A stretch of 59,994 nt of DNA, counting the filler, from Sluysia triapertura (lineage: Eukaryota): the NCBI GenBank assembly GCA_046118255.1. It is 4 parts of 4 records of this genome, joined end to end, with 100 filler letters (N's around TTAATTAATTAA, not from the genome) between each part and the next. Parts side by side here need not be neighbours in the genome. Positions count along the whole stretch, not along the records: positions 1 to 19,754 come from JBJNIA010052112.1; 3 more parts are not named here. One strand, written 5' to 3'. Position numbers and translations under genes: made by a program. Below, in pieces: positions 1 to 13,843 of this stretch. The notes below the pieces were generated by a model. That model was not told the origin of the DNA, did not search any database, and saw nothing but the letters and a program-made list of their open reading frames with translations. Position 1 is the stretch's first letter; each line of letters opens with the position of its first letter.

Positions 1-6
1 ATTACT

Positions 7-8
<2 letters not shown>

Positions 9-77
<69 letters not shown>
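9..77. repeat. (AAT)n microsatellite
   Basis: Perfect AAT run at the start of the window. Confidence 0.97.
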
Positions 78-2829
78 GATGAAAGACATTACAAAATCAC
101 CAAAATAAAATTTTCGAAGTAACACATTTTGCGATTTAAGTGCCTTTCTTGTTCTTGTTTCGGTGTTGAAACTTCTTCAGTATAATTTTTTATTGACCAC
201 TTGAAATATATTCTTCAACGTATTCAATGTTTGTATAGTGAGTCTTTTCTGAGATCAGAAGTTTATAATATTTGGGTTTAGGTCTTGAAGTTTTATTTTT
301 ATATTTTGGGAGTTATGGATTAACTAAAGCCATTGATGAAATTATTGTAATAAGAATTGCAAAGCAATGACAGTGGGCGTCGAAGTTTTTATTTGAAATC
401 AATATGTAGATCTGAGAGATGTTATCTAAAGAAAGGTGCGTGAATATTTCGTAAGATGTTTCATTAAAACAGTTTTCGATTAATGGTTTAGAATGTGACT
501 CATAACTTACATTTTTTAATCTCTAAACAAGATATCCAGGCTCAGAAATAAGGATAGAAATAAAGAGGTAAACCCTTAGAAAACCTTGATCTTAAATCAG
601 CGAGGTTAACTGCAAAATCAATCTAACTTTTATAGATTTATTTCTTTTATAGATTTATATTAGCTTATCAATCTTAATTATAAATGTTATAAATGTTAAT
701 TATAAATGACTTCAATTTAACTTAAGAAAACAGTTACTTGTATTATTAAAACTTGCATTTAACTCGAATTTTATTATTAAAATATTACAGGATGAACTAC
801 CTTGCGCGAATAAGAATGGACGGTATCAAACTTATATGCGATAAAAACTCATAAAATGACAAACAAATATGTACGACTGGCGATGATTACACAAGTTTTA
901 TGAAGCTTTTCTCCGACATTATTTCTACTTACCAAATTAATATTATTTTCAGGATTAAGTTAAGGATAAGGAGGAACATAAGGGTTACGATTCATGATAA
1001 TAAAATAAAATAAACATCATTGAGGAATTAAGATTGTAGTCAACTCCAGATCTACTCATAACAATCACAAACAAACACCAATACAAATCAACACACCTTA
1101 CATAAACAAATTACTGTACAAACTACATCAAACCACTACTCAACACAAAACATAAGCACCATCATATTTAAACTTCTTACTACTACAATTAATTTAATTT
1201 TATTTATTTTTAAAAAATTATTAAAAATTATTAAAAATTTATTGATCGGATTTATTAGATCATCAAAATTTTAAATGTTTAATTTAGGAAGTATTTTAAA
1301 ATAAGGATGTTATAATTTGCTCTAGTTTTGTTTTTAAATTATGTGTATTCATCAATATGATACTCAAATAATGATTTATAATATGCAGATGAAAATAACA
1401 ATGGTGAATTTGTATTCCGAATATACCTTATTACTAATAAGGTATTATTTATTATTATTAACTCATTAAATCTTTTAATTTAAGGTTCATTTTAGAACCT
1501 CATTAAAATTTTCAATGTTCAATTTTAGAGGTTCAGTTTAGAACCTGATTAAAATCTTATTAATAATTAAATTACGATTCAATCAAAATCCCTATTTAAA
1601 TTTTTGTTCATTTTCAAAAATCACATTAAAATATTTACTAAATTCTTTTTTGGTTCACTTTTACTAACCGTAGTAAAATCAAAATTGATTAAAGTATCCA
1701 TCATTTATTTAAGTCTATAAAATAACTTCTACGTAAGGAAATCATATCAAAATATCAATACTTCATCACTTAAAAACATCTCACGCATACATAGAACATT
1801 AAACAAACTACTTGACTCATTCAAAAAACAAACCTAGTCATTGTACATAATTATCATGAACTATAGCTATTATTATTACAAATCTAATCGTATTAAAATA
1901 TATAATTATTATTATCATTATTGTTATATAATATGATTATCACATAATAACTTTTATAAAAACATCACAATATCATCAAATCATCATATTAAAATATAAT
2001 AATGACAATGTTATCATTATTACTTCTTCTATCTTTATGATCAACCTTTTTTCTTATTCTTTTATGAAGTAGAAACCAATAAGAAAAGTATTCATAATTT
2101 TAAATGCAAAATTTATGCCGAAAAGAAATGCCTGGAAATTTTAGTTTATTTCGATTCTACAATACAAAGTATACTTACTTATGCATGTGCAACATTCGAT
2201 GTTACTACAGAAATACAAATACGTGAATTTTCACTTTGTGCTCAATATACTTTGAAATCAATTAAACGGATTATATTGCTCGATCACATATTTTGATTAA
2301 AGTTCAAGCATATCGATTACTAATGTATTGTACTATAAATATACTACGCATAAAATGTACAGAAAATTATAATGATAATAATAATAATAATTCTTTCTTA
2401 AGATATTATTTTGCAGTCAGATCTGTTGATGAATTCCAAAGATGTAGTGAATGGTCGAATGTAGTGTAAGTTGAATTAACTGATACAAATTAAACGTATT
2501 TTATAAATAAAAAATAATTTTTTTAATAATAATTATCAAATAATAAAATTCGCTGCTCAGGTAATATTATTATCACGCCAAAAAAAACATTGTGTCTCAA
2601 AGAAATATAGACACTAAACATGCATTCTATGGTATTACGTCAATTTATGTCCCTGGTTCGGATGTGATTATTGAAGAAACATACTTATTGATGATACATT
2701 AAATCACATATTAAATCTTTTTCTTTAATGAACGGAATCTTACAAATAATATGGGAGTTTTGAAAAGTCAATATAGAATCTAACAGAAATGGAACTGCAC
2801 AGAGTATATTTGTATTTGTATCAAGCATT

Positions 2830-3124
2830 TCAAATGTTTTCCAACAACAATCGCTTTCAAAATGGATTGAGATTTTCAAGAATGCAGTTTAGGTCACGGT
2901 CCCATCAACGATTTAAAAGATACTTTTAATAATCCTCAAGTGCAATATTTATCTAGCCAATTAATTGCATCGTGGAACGCACAATATGGTAAAGTTTCGG
3001 TACCTGTTTAAAATACAAGATGTCACCGATGTTCAGAGGACACATAAGAGAAGTTTTGAGAAGTTTACTTAAATTTTCAGATCAAAAAATTGATGATTTA
3101 ATTAAGATTGGTATGATAAAATAA
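2830..3124 (+). pseudogene. SUGCT: Decayed C-terminal part of a CoA-transferase family III (CaiB/BaiF) protein, succinyl-CoA:glutarate CoA-transferase-like
   Basis: Hand translation across frames: SNVFQQQSLSKWIEIF / QECSLGHGPINDLKDTFNNPQVQYL...QYGKVSVP / YKMSPMFRGHIREVLRSLLKFSDQKIDDLIKIGMIK*. This follows the recalled SUGCT C-terminus (KWLYLF..GVPYGPINNMKNVF.EPQV...GKISVP...PLLGQHT..IL..L.Y....I..L...G). Two frameshifts are needed. Confidence 0.65.
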
Positions 3125-5269
3125 AACTAGAATATAAATTTATCTTTGATTAAATAGAATTAATTGAACTAATCCGTTGTAACCATTTTTTTCATACCTG
3201 AAATTATAATTAATAAAAATAAAGTATTGATTTTACGATTGTAATTAAATCGTGAGATGGATCATAATTGGTAAAATATGCTAATTCTCACTAATAATTG
3301 CATTTTATTATCAGTCACTCGACTCATATATCTTATGAATTACCTACTAATTTGCTCATTATCAATTTCATGTTTTAATTCACGTATCGTTAAAAATTTC
3401 TACAATGAAATTACATCTAAATACAATGTCAATGACTTAAAGTTGGCTCTCAAATTTGCAATATTACCGACAAATGGGAGATGTGTAGCATATGATAACT
3501 TTGATTTATATTTTATATTTAATTATAGTTTCGCACTTTTACACTCCTTTTATCAACAGTACGAACGATATAATCGAATATAAACATTTAATAGTACTTA
3601 ATTATGTCGTTTTATTATTATTTATTTCATTATATATGCTATCGAAAATGATTATGATTACAAATTTTTGCCATTCTTTCAAGTAAACTCTCTTTTATTT
3701 TGTATCGTAAGTCTTAATTTTAATTTTTCTCATATCATGCAGATTCGTTTTATTCTCTGCACTTTTATCACGGCTATAGACGTTTCTATCCGATAAACTA
3801 AAAATAGAATATTTTTGTTTTGACAAATTGCAATTTATTGAAAATGTTGCTTGTGTTTATAAAAATCCAAATTATATTATATTTCAAAATATATTATCGT
3901 TTAAAAATGATGATGCGATTAAAACATACGAAAATATAGGATTTATCTTTTCATTGAATTATACGGATTTATTTCTTACTCAGTCAATGACTACACGTTA
4001 GCGAACATTTCCTGGCAGCTGTGATTGGAATACACTTATTAATTATAGTAAACATTTAATAACGTTATTATTATTTACATTTTTACAATTGTTATGTTGA
4101 AAAATAAATTCAACCTTGTGTATTCGTTTAATTTGTTGTTAACAAAAGGTCTTAAGCCTATTAATTGTAAAGTTTAATATTTTGTTAATTGTTCACAAGT
4201 TTTATTTTAATTGTTTTTTGTTAACTAGAATTTTTGACGTTTTTAATAAAAGATTTAAAATACTAAAAGCTAAATTTAATATTTTTAATAATTTTTATAA
4301 TTCTAAATCGAAAAAGCCCTCCGCACTCCATAAATAATAAGTTTTTTCTAAATCTCAAAAAATCCAACGGCTAGCCCTAAGCGGTAAGACTAGTACGTTG
4401 GTGAACTCATATTCATTCACTTTTATTCGTAAGACCAGGATAAGAAAAACACTAGCAACATAGAAACATTTTTTAGTATTTGTACAACATTTATTTATTA
4501 CTTATCATTTTATTATTTATCATTTTTTGAAACTATTACAATTGTATTTCCATAATTTTTGTTAATTTAAAGAATAAATTATTTGATAAACCAAAGATTT
4601 GTTTTATATTATAAAGATAATAACGTCCATAAGAAGAAAATTAATTTACAAGAAACATTTAATTAAGAGATAAATTCTACGTTAAATGATCTCCAATTCT
4701 TTAACAGCTATTACATTTGATATTCCAGAAAATACACATCTTCTTGATAAACTAGCTAGCTAACTTACATAATCATAATTTAATAAAATATTTGAGCGGA
4801 TAATAAATCTAAATTTTACTAATAGATCTTTTTAGATCATAAATAAACTGTTTAAAACATATAATCTCGCTGAAATTAGCGGACTACAAATCCAAATTTT
4901 ATATGACCTTCATTACATGCATCCATATTCTTATACTGACATCTTTGTATCGGCCTTTCAGTGTATAAGCCCAGTATCATACAGGACTCACTTATAAACA
5001 CATAAACATAAACATTATAAATTAAGTATTAAAAGTATTATAAACAAAATTCTCACAATATAATGAGATTGCACATTTGTTTAATTACTGAGGTACAGTT
5101 TGATATTGTAAAATAAAAATAACATAGACAACAATTAGTTCGAGAATGAATATCTATGATTCCACAACTTACGTCACCGTTGATAAGTTATTATATCTAA
5201 GATCACGTTATCTATACGGTAAACTTTAACGTAAGTAGAAATAATTTTATAAGTTTTAGCGTGATTCAC

Positions 5270-5770
5270 AACTTTATAAAAATGCACTTTTGTTTCATCT
5301 ATCTCATCTGTTTGATAAAATGTATCATTATTAAGAACTTCCAAGCACTACTCTTTCCTTTCATTAGCTCATATATTTGGTGAACTTTAGCATAATTGTA
5401 TAGCATTGCACCTTGGCTTTATTTGTTTTATGTAATTGATAACTTCAAGCACCTATAAGAATTTCATGACAACTCTCTTTTATTTATTTGATAAACTTTA
5501 ATATCACTTTATATAGCTTGACAAACTTTAGCATCATTAAGAATTTCATAGCTTTACTCTTTTACTTCATTTGTTTTATTTATTAGATAAACTTTAATAT
5601 CATTTAACATTTCATCAATTTTAAATGATTCATAACTTTAACATTATTACGCATTTCATATCAATACTCTTTTTCTTCATCTGTTTTACTCATCATTGAA
5701 CACTTTATAAAATAACCTTTTCACTTCACCTGTTTTAATTACCTGACCAAATTTAACACCATTAAAAATA
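5270..5770. repeat. Degenerate tandem repeat array (~65-70 nt units)
   Basis: Blocks resembling GATAAACTTTA(G/A)CATCATTAAGAATTTCATAGC..TACTCTTTT.CTTCAT.TGTTTTA recur several times. Confidence 0.6.
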
Positions 5771-6260
5771 ATTCTGACAGCCAGTTTTAGTTACTTTAAA
5801 AATTTTGAGAAATCTATTTTCGTAACAATTTTAATTTAACTTTTATTGGTCATCTTTATAAAATCTGCATGCTTACATGTATTTGTACCATTTTATTGAT
5901 ATACTTCTACATAAACATCCAATAAAATATAAATTGGCACTGAGGTAGCCACTTTACATTTGATTGAATTTAAGTACGCTTTATATTTAATTCCCCGAAA
6001 TATTAAGGGATAAAATCTATTTAAAATTATATTTTTAAGATAAAAAATTAATTAATTATAAATTTGAATTGTTATTTTATTACTAATTCTATCTCTTGTA
6101 TTTATTAATCTTATAGATCTAACTGTATTTTGTATTTTAAATATAAGCAATTGTGCGATCTTCGTTTCGTTGAAAGAATAGTCACACAAATCAAGTTATA
6201 AAAAAGAAATTAATAGTGCTTTAAGATTCAGTAAATGATTGAAAATTGTATCAGAAATAT

Positions 6261-6338
6261 TTAACTGTTTGAGTGCAGCGAAGCGCTATCGCGCTTTTAG
6301 CACATATATCAGAAAATTCGCCGCACCCAAACGGTTAA
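6261..6338. mobile_element. 78-bp piggyBac-type MITE bounded by TTAA
   Basis: TTAACTGTTTGAGTGCAGCGAA and TTCGCCGCACCCAAACGGTTAA form a 19/22 inverted match including TTAA at both ends. There is an internal palindrome AAGCGC-TATC-GCGCTT. Confidence 0.7.
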
Positions 6339-7390
6339 AGCGAATATTTACAAGAGAATAAAAAGAATAACAACTTTACAGGATTTCAATGGAATTTTAA
6401 TATTTTATTAATAAGTATCTAAAAGTAAAAGTTCGTGATTGTTACTATATTAAATAGAATAACTATGATATTATCTCGTTTCATTTTACTCAAATAAGAA
6501 ATATTTAATGTAAAAAAATAAAATAAAACAAGTAATATTGTCTTGTACTAAAACAAAATTAGTACAAAATTAGGGACAAAATTACAATACGTGAAATAAT
6601 AACAATAATCAATTACTGATATAAATATTAAGGGTAATTTTAATATATCTTATTGTCACAAATTTATTTTATGAGGACTTTGGTGGTATTACATCAACGA
6701 ATGAAAATACACTGGCAACAATAACCTTATTTAAATTAACTTACGAGCTATCTGTGGTTGCTAACATCTTTACGCAAAAATTTAACACATTATACTACAT
6801 TAAAAATCATTTTTTCATCACCCAAAGTATTTATTACATGGAAAATCATTAAATTTGTATTTAAAAATTTACGAATAACAATAAACTAAATGGAATTTCT
6901 TTTAACACTTTTAACTTCACCAATTTCCTCTCACAACTTCCTACTATTTTTATTATCTTTCTCTCTTTTCATCTTTTGCAATAATCCAAAAGATCTTATA
7001 GAATACCCACTCAATTGAACTAAGGTTCAGAAAGATCCAAATATATACACACATTTACAGTAAACACGGAATTTCATGCATGAAAGACAAATAGTCATTA
7101 TTACGTATCACGAAAAAAGTTGACTAAAAATAAATTTCATGGAAGTTAGAATATGAACGTTAACTGATACCACTTCAGCTTTGATAGTTGTAAAAATAAT
7201 TATTAAAATTTTAGATTATTATAAGTAAAGTTTAGTTAAAGTGAGTTGAACATGTAGTAGAAGAACAAGTATCAGAACAACTACTTGAACGAGGATTAGA
7301 TAATAAGTTTCACGAAGACAATGAAGGTGAACTTTCACAAAATACAGGAGTACTAAAAGAATCAAATTCTGAAATATAAAGTTTATGTGC

Positions 7391-7554
7391 NNNNNNNNNN
7401 NNNNNNNNNNNNNNNNNNNNNNNNNNNNNNNNNNNNNNNNNNNNNNNNNNNNNNNNNNNNNNNNNNNNNNNNNNNNNNNNNNNNNNNNNNNNNNNNNNNN
7501 NNNNNNNNNNNNNNNNNNNNNNNNNNNNNNNNNNNNNNNNNNNNNNNNNNNNNN
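7391..7554. other. Scaffold gap (164 N)
   Basis: Run of N. Confidence 0.99.
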
Positions 7555-7871
7555 TTATTTATTGTTGTACTGTCAATTCTGACAGTTTTTATTATGTTTA
7601 ATTTATTTACTGTCAACCAACGATATTTTTTAATTATTAAAGGTTTATGCTAAAGATTTCATATAGCAACAATACAGTTGCTTTTATTGGCCATTAAAAT
7701 TTATGCTGTTATTACTTGTAATTTTCATTGGTCGTATATAAAACCATTCAAAAAGCATGATTAATGCAAATATTTGAACACAATTTTAAACACAAGAGTC
7801 ATACACAAATATTTTATACAATAATTAAGAATCCATCTAAATGATTTTAAATGTCTCAAATCACAAACATA

Positions 7872-8250
7872 ATGTCGTCATATTGGGATGATCTCTTATC
7901 ATGGTTTCACTTATGTTTTTCTTCAAATTGAGTCCACTGTTAAAATCACTTCAAAATTATCAAATTTAGAACAAGATAAAATTAGTTTTAGACAAGATTC
8001 TCTGTGGCGTCAAGTGTCTGATCTAAACAATCAAATTGAAATTTTAAAATTTATCAGTAACATGTACACGACATCCCAGTTATCACTAATATCAATAACA
8101 ATTCACCGAGTTTTCAGAAATCATCTTACAAAGTAATCACTCGCGAAACAGTTGAATCAAAAGCAAGATTATGTAAATTACAAAATGCATTAGATGATAA
8201 AAATGACACTTCATGAATTACGCTTTTGCTTAGATCAACAAACAGATGAA
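7872..8250 (+). mobile_element. Possible decayed retrotransposon gag-like (DUF7041-type) fragment
   Basis: MSSYWDDLLSWF / LQIESTVKITSK...RQVSDL / TKVITRETVESKARLCKL loosely follows the recalled P.FW...WF.Q+E...IT...V.DL...LI.R..ES..RL.KL pattern. Frameshifted and weak. Confidence 0.3.
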
Positions 8251-10639
8251 TATAATAAATTATGAAAAGTACAACTTGAGATAAGTAATGAAGTTCGACA
8301 TGTTCGATTATTACAAGATGAACTTTACGGTAAACAGAAGGCATTGTGTCAATTAGCGTTTATCGAGAAAGATAATAAAATTCAGTAAATAAAGACAATG
8401 AATCAGATTACTATCGAGCTAGTGATGAAGTTTTAAACCAAGTGAATGCTTACACAGTAATTAAGTTTTATCATATCAAGAATGCTCTGAGATATGCGAA
8501 GAAAGGTGAAGTTATAAAAATGTATTATTTAATATTAATTAAGAAATGTTTTACTTGTTCTATTACAATGATAGGAGATAAAAGTCATTCTATCGTAATG
8601 ATGAAAACTTTTTATGTTAAAGAATTTATTATAAGTACCAAGAATTTTATTAATAAAACTATTGTTGTAACTAATAATACATTAATTACGAAATTTTATC
8701 ATTTAATTTTTGTGCGTTCAATATTAAGACAGATTAATGGGAGTAAAAGTTTTAATAAGATTATTATCTTAATCAATATTACACTTTATTTGAAATTTTA
8801 TTATTCAACCTTAAATGATGTTGTTAACATAGAAATTTATTTATCCATACATCACATGCATCTCAGGAAAAGCTTTAACAAGAATGATATTATTGCACTT
8901 TATAATACGATCATATCTCCGAATTCTCATCAACTCTTAGAGTATCATTTCTTTATAACAACACTATCGTTAACAAAACACATGAACTCTATTCAACATA
9001 TTTCATCAATTCATGTACATATAAATTCGTTGTTTGAAATTGTTAGAACCAATTCAACCGGGTGTTTATTCCTCGACCGGATTCGATCGAACTCATTGAT
9101 GATCATCATGACATTTCGAAAATTTCTATCCATAACTGTAAACGAAGATTCATTGTGTTTGTGTCAAATGCGAAATTTTGATTTTATATACTTCTATTTT
9201 AGTTGAATTTTATCTGTGTTTTAAGGTTTTATCATCAATATATTCAGAGATGACATTAAACCTTTTACTTATTCTCTGTCTTAAATTTCATATTAATAAA
9301 CGTCTTATATGTTATCCTTATTGTTTGATTTTAAATAAGAATTATTTTGATTTCAAAACTTACAACTTATATTTAAAGATCGCACAATTGTAATTTAAAA
9401 TGATAAATTATATTCTTCTTAGAATAATCTAAAAGATTTTGATACACTTTATTTGAAAAAACTCCCATCAAATAAATGTAAAGAATTTAATTACAATAAC
9501 ATTATGGTACCACTTAACTATCGATTAATCTTTTCTGTAAACGCTAATTGACAAGTCAAAAAAATACCGTTGAAGTACCATTAAAGTACCGATGAAAAAA
9601 TAACTTAGTATATTTTTTATAAGAATATTACACAAACATACCAAATTAAAGCAATAATTTTCATTTGGAAGACTAAAAGTTATTGACGAATTCAGATTGT
9701 TATTTCGAATCTATCTCGATAACTTACAAAAAATTTTTGAAGAACCAAAAATTCTTAGCAAATCCGAAAAATTTGTACGTAATTTTTAATTTTTTATATT
9801 ATAATTCATCTAATATCTATGTAAATATTGCGGACATTAAAAACTTTTAAAGATACTGTCAAGTTTTCTTGTACTTTAACTTTTATTACACGTATTTTAC
9901 GCATTACTGATGTCTAAAATAATACAGATACCATTAAAGTTTTTCATATTTTTCTAATAAAAATAAGATTTCTTTGTAATTTAATTTAAACATATTTAAT
10001 TTCTTTTATTTATTGTATCACGCAATCATTACACGTAGAATATAATACTTAACAGTAACGTTATGAGGGAAATGTAACGCATTTATTACATAGAGTATTG
10101 TTGTTTAATTGTCTTGTAAATGGTAGAAAACTAAAATATTTGATGATTAAAGCTAGTAATATAATTATAATATACTTTGGTATTATTTAGAAATAAGGTA
10201 TGTTTATATTTTAATACTTATGTATTCCCGTTTCATTTAATTAAATTTGTTTGCGATCATTGCATTGATTTAAAAAATATTCTCCGTAATGTAAATATTT
10301 TTTGTTGATTTTATATCGATTTAGTAATGTTAATCTCTTTAGTAATAATAATAGTAACAATAATAATAACTTCGGTAATTTTAAAATTAATTTTTATTGT
10401 ACCATTATATAATAATACATGTACAATTTGAGCACATTTAAAAATGCATGCATTGTGTAACAGTTTTATTATGTGATTTCAACCATCTACATTAATAAAT
10501 GAATTGTTTTGTATCGTTGATATTGCATAATGCGTAATAATAATGGGTGTACTCACAATTCTTGTATAAAAGTAAATTAAATTTGCATAACATTAATAAA
10601 TCAAAAATGACAAAACATACAAATTGTGATGAAACAGAG

Positions 10640-10730
10640 ACTGTTGAAGATGAGGTAGAAGAAGTACAAGAACAAGAAGAAGAACAAGAAGTGCAAGAAG
10701 AAGAACAAGAAGAATTAGAAGATGAAGACT
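10640..10730 (+). repeat. Purine-rich GAA/GAACAA low-complexity tract (Glu-rich if coding)
   Basis: Repeated GAAGAAGAACAA; encodes EDEVEEVQEQEEEQEVQEEEQEELEDED within ORF 10547-10735. No homology recognised. Confidence 0.5.
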
Positions 10731-11449
10731 GTTGATAATGCATATAAAAAGCACTTTCAAATATCGATCATTAAATATTTTAATTAAATATAAAATGGAG
10801 CCTTAAAATTATTTTTTATTACACGTTTTCATAAAACTGAAGTAATCTTAATTCATGTTGGTATTTTCATAATTAAATATACCTTGTTTATTTATGTAAT
10901 ATATTATTGTATTATACATCTAAAATGATTATGGTCGAACTATTTATTTATTAGGAATTCTCCTTTTAGCTGCTCTGTTTTCTTTATTTATTCTTCCACT
11001 AGTATTTTATACTATCATTTTCTAAACAGTCTAATTATTCATATATATGAATTAATCACGGCAAACAAATTCATTGTCATTTAGTACTTTTGCCTTACTC
11101 AATGCATCAGCATTTAGATTATATTGGTTTGAATTAAAACTCTTACACAGATGTTATTTTTTCTATTTCCTATTCGCTAATATAATAATACTATGTTTAT
11201 TGTTATGTAAAGTTCGGTTATTTTTATTGAATTTTTCTGGTCCAATGAAAATGTCACATCACAAAGGAAAAATTTATCTCACCTCCATGGATTTTAAAGG
11301 TTTTTTTCTTCCTCAAACTTAAATTGTTCTACTGCATTATCTGATGCAGTTCAGAACAAGCCGTTAGCAGGCGAATTCAAATACTCAAACAGGTAATTTA
11401 AATCATTTTAATAAGAAGAGAACGAAAACTGGATACATTGTTACATACT

Positions 11450-11503
11450 AATTTGTTAATCACATTCATTAAAATTTGTTAATCACATTCATTAAAATTT
11501 GTT
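11450..11503. repeat. Perfect 23-bp tandem duplication
   Basis: AATTTGTTAATCACATTCATTAA twice plus a partial third copy. Confidence 0.9.
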
Positions 11504-13084
11504 CAATGTTAAACAAGTGACATTTTTATAGACATTTTGAATTTAATGGAGAATCGACATTGCAATTCGTTAATGAACGTGAATTAGAGTAGTAAATGTC
11601 GACTAAGAAGAAAAACAGTTGTGTTTAACTAAATAATGATCATTTTTTATGAATTTTGTATAAAATTTGATATTTAAATGACTTATTTTTATTACTTCTT
11701 CGAAGAACCAGAACAGAACTGTTTTATTGTAAATATGACTTTTCCGGATCGTCTTTTTTCCAGCAGAGTAACAATAATCATCAATATTAAGTTTTGTGAA
11801 TAACTTCTTTTCATATAGGTACATTTGTTTGGCCACATCATATACATAGCTTTTAATAAAACTAAATTTTCCAAATTATCAATTTTTATTTGTCAAACTA
11901 CACAGTTAATTTAAACAATATTTTAATTTTAATCTTTGTACAAAGATGATAATTTTTCTAAGGTTCCTCCAATGAAATATGAAATGGCACTTATGTAAAC
12001 AATTCACTTTTCATGTGGAACAATATAGGGTCTGAATTTGGCCATTAATTTAGAGTTTATTTCTACTATTATTATTATTATTATTATTATTAGATTGTTA
12101 ATGTTATAATTATTATAATAATAATGATAATAATAATAATAATAATGTCGAAAACAACATATTGACAATTGTCAAAACATTAATACTCAACAATAATATA
12201 TAAGCATATATAAAATAAATAGTTTGATATAGAGGGCTTTGATTTTAGTGTATTAATACGTTTAAATGTTATGTTAGAATTTGATGTTACAAAAGTCTTT
12301 GAAGGTTTAACTCTACAAAACAGATGAATATATTGACAAATTTTAGACTTACTAATATTATAATTAAAATTTAATGATTTTGGTATTTTAATGTTGGACC
12401 GTAAGAGAATGAAGGTGTTTGGAACCTTATAGAATGTCAGTTTATATGGACTAATTATGTCATCGTTATTAAAAGACATTTCGTGTTGTGAAAATTTGAT
12501 TACAACTTCGTAATTGTCATCTTTAGGTCTTACTATATCAACGTTATGTTCAATTTCCCGAGTGGTATTATAAAAGTTTTGCTTATTATATAATTTAACA
12601 TGTTTCCGGGTTTCATTTTCGTTTATCTTATCGTCTTTCCCGATTATAATGTTACCGGATTTAACAGAGTTTTGTCTTTCATTATCATTGAATTTAACAT
12701 ATTTATTTATACTATAAAAAGAACAAAATTTAAAATGTTTAACAAAACTATTTATTAAAGTTCTAATTCTATATAAAAATAAATATATATTTGGTGAATT
12801 TACACGATTCGGCATCTCTTCGTTCCTGGATCTGTTTTCGTTGTTGAATAAACTAAATGTCCTACAATAGATAATATGAGAATAATTATTGTTAATAAAA
12901 ATGTAAATAAACTTTAATATTAATTTATTACTTTTAATGTCTTCAAATCTGCTGTACACAACCACTCCAAATGCATCACTCCACAGTTTCTTCGTCGAAT
13001 TGAATACGGATCTGCGACATGTTATCCGAGTACATTTGCCACTGTTTGAAATGATGTAGACTAGAAACTGCTCTTGTTCATGAT

Positions 13085-13789
13085 AGTTATCTTCGAAGTC
13101 TTGATTGTCTTCTTCCACTTCTTCATTAATCGATTCATCACTAATAACATCATCAGTAACATCATCTAAAATCTGGTAAACACTTTCTGGTTCATGAACC
13201 CATCCTCGAAATTTTCCATCTTCCCATTCTTTATTAAACTTTTCTTCAGCTTGTTTTCTCTGATCAACATTTTCAAATTCCATCATTGGTTTAGCACGAG
13301 CCATAAAATCATCCAAATATTCTGTTAACTTTAATAAATAATTATAGCATGCAACATTCTTCTTATCCTTAGGAAATTCATATAACTTATCAAATTTAGT
13401 TAAGTATGTAACATAATCAATATGCGGCACTTTTAGATTAATATATATTTGATAGCATTCATGCATATCTAAAAATCGACCATAACCTTCTTCATCAGTA
13501 AATTCGACAACTGGTGCACCAGCTTCTTCAACGTATTCGCGTAATTTTTCAAATTTATCATATTGTTTATGATACTCTTTAATTTGTGCCAATTGAGAAT
13601 AAAATTCTGTATATTCATTTGGTGGTGACATGGGAGTTATCTCTTTTTTACGTATAGACAACTTGTCTTCATAAGCATCATTTTCGCGTATTTTTTAAAC
13701 TCATCATACTCCAACGACATCAACGACATCAACGACATACTCTCATCGGGATTACGTTTATGATACTTTCTACATTCTTCAATACTCAT
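13085..13789 (-). pseudogene. SF3A3: Truncated, rearranged, intronless copy of splicing factor 3a subunit 3 (SF3a60/Prp9); the frame runs on into unrelated sequence to 12180
   Basis: DAYEDKLSIRKKEITPMSPPNEYTEFYSQLAQIKEYHK...VEFTDEEGYGRFLDMHECYQIYINLK...DYVTYLTKFDKLYEFPKDKKN...FNKEWEDGKFRGW matches recalled SF3A3 (PNEFAEFYNRLKQIKEFH, VEFTDEEGYGRYLDLHDCYLKYINLK, WENGTFPGW). The N-terminus, the middle region, [20 protein letters not shown] and the zinc finger are absent. Confidence 0.85.
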
Positions 13790-13843
13790 GTTATAAATTG
13801 ATTTTTGACTTTTGCTAATTTTTTTGCTTTTTCAATTAACTTT

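Noticed and set aside
4360-4402. GC-rich hairpin ending near CTAGT as a Helitron 3' end
   Set aside because: Pairing is weak, and no 5' TC end or second copy is visible.
8442-9206. 254-aa ORF
   Set aside because: I/F/K/N/L-rich composition typical of AT-rich non-coding DNA; no motif recognised.
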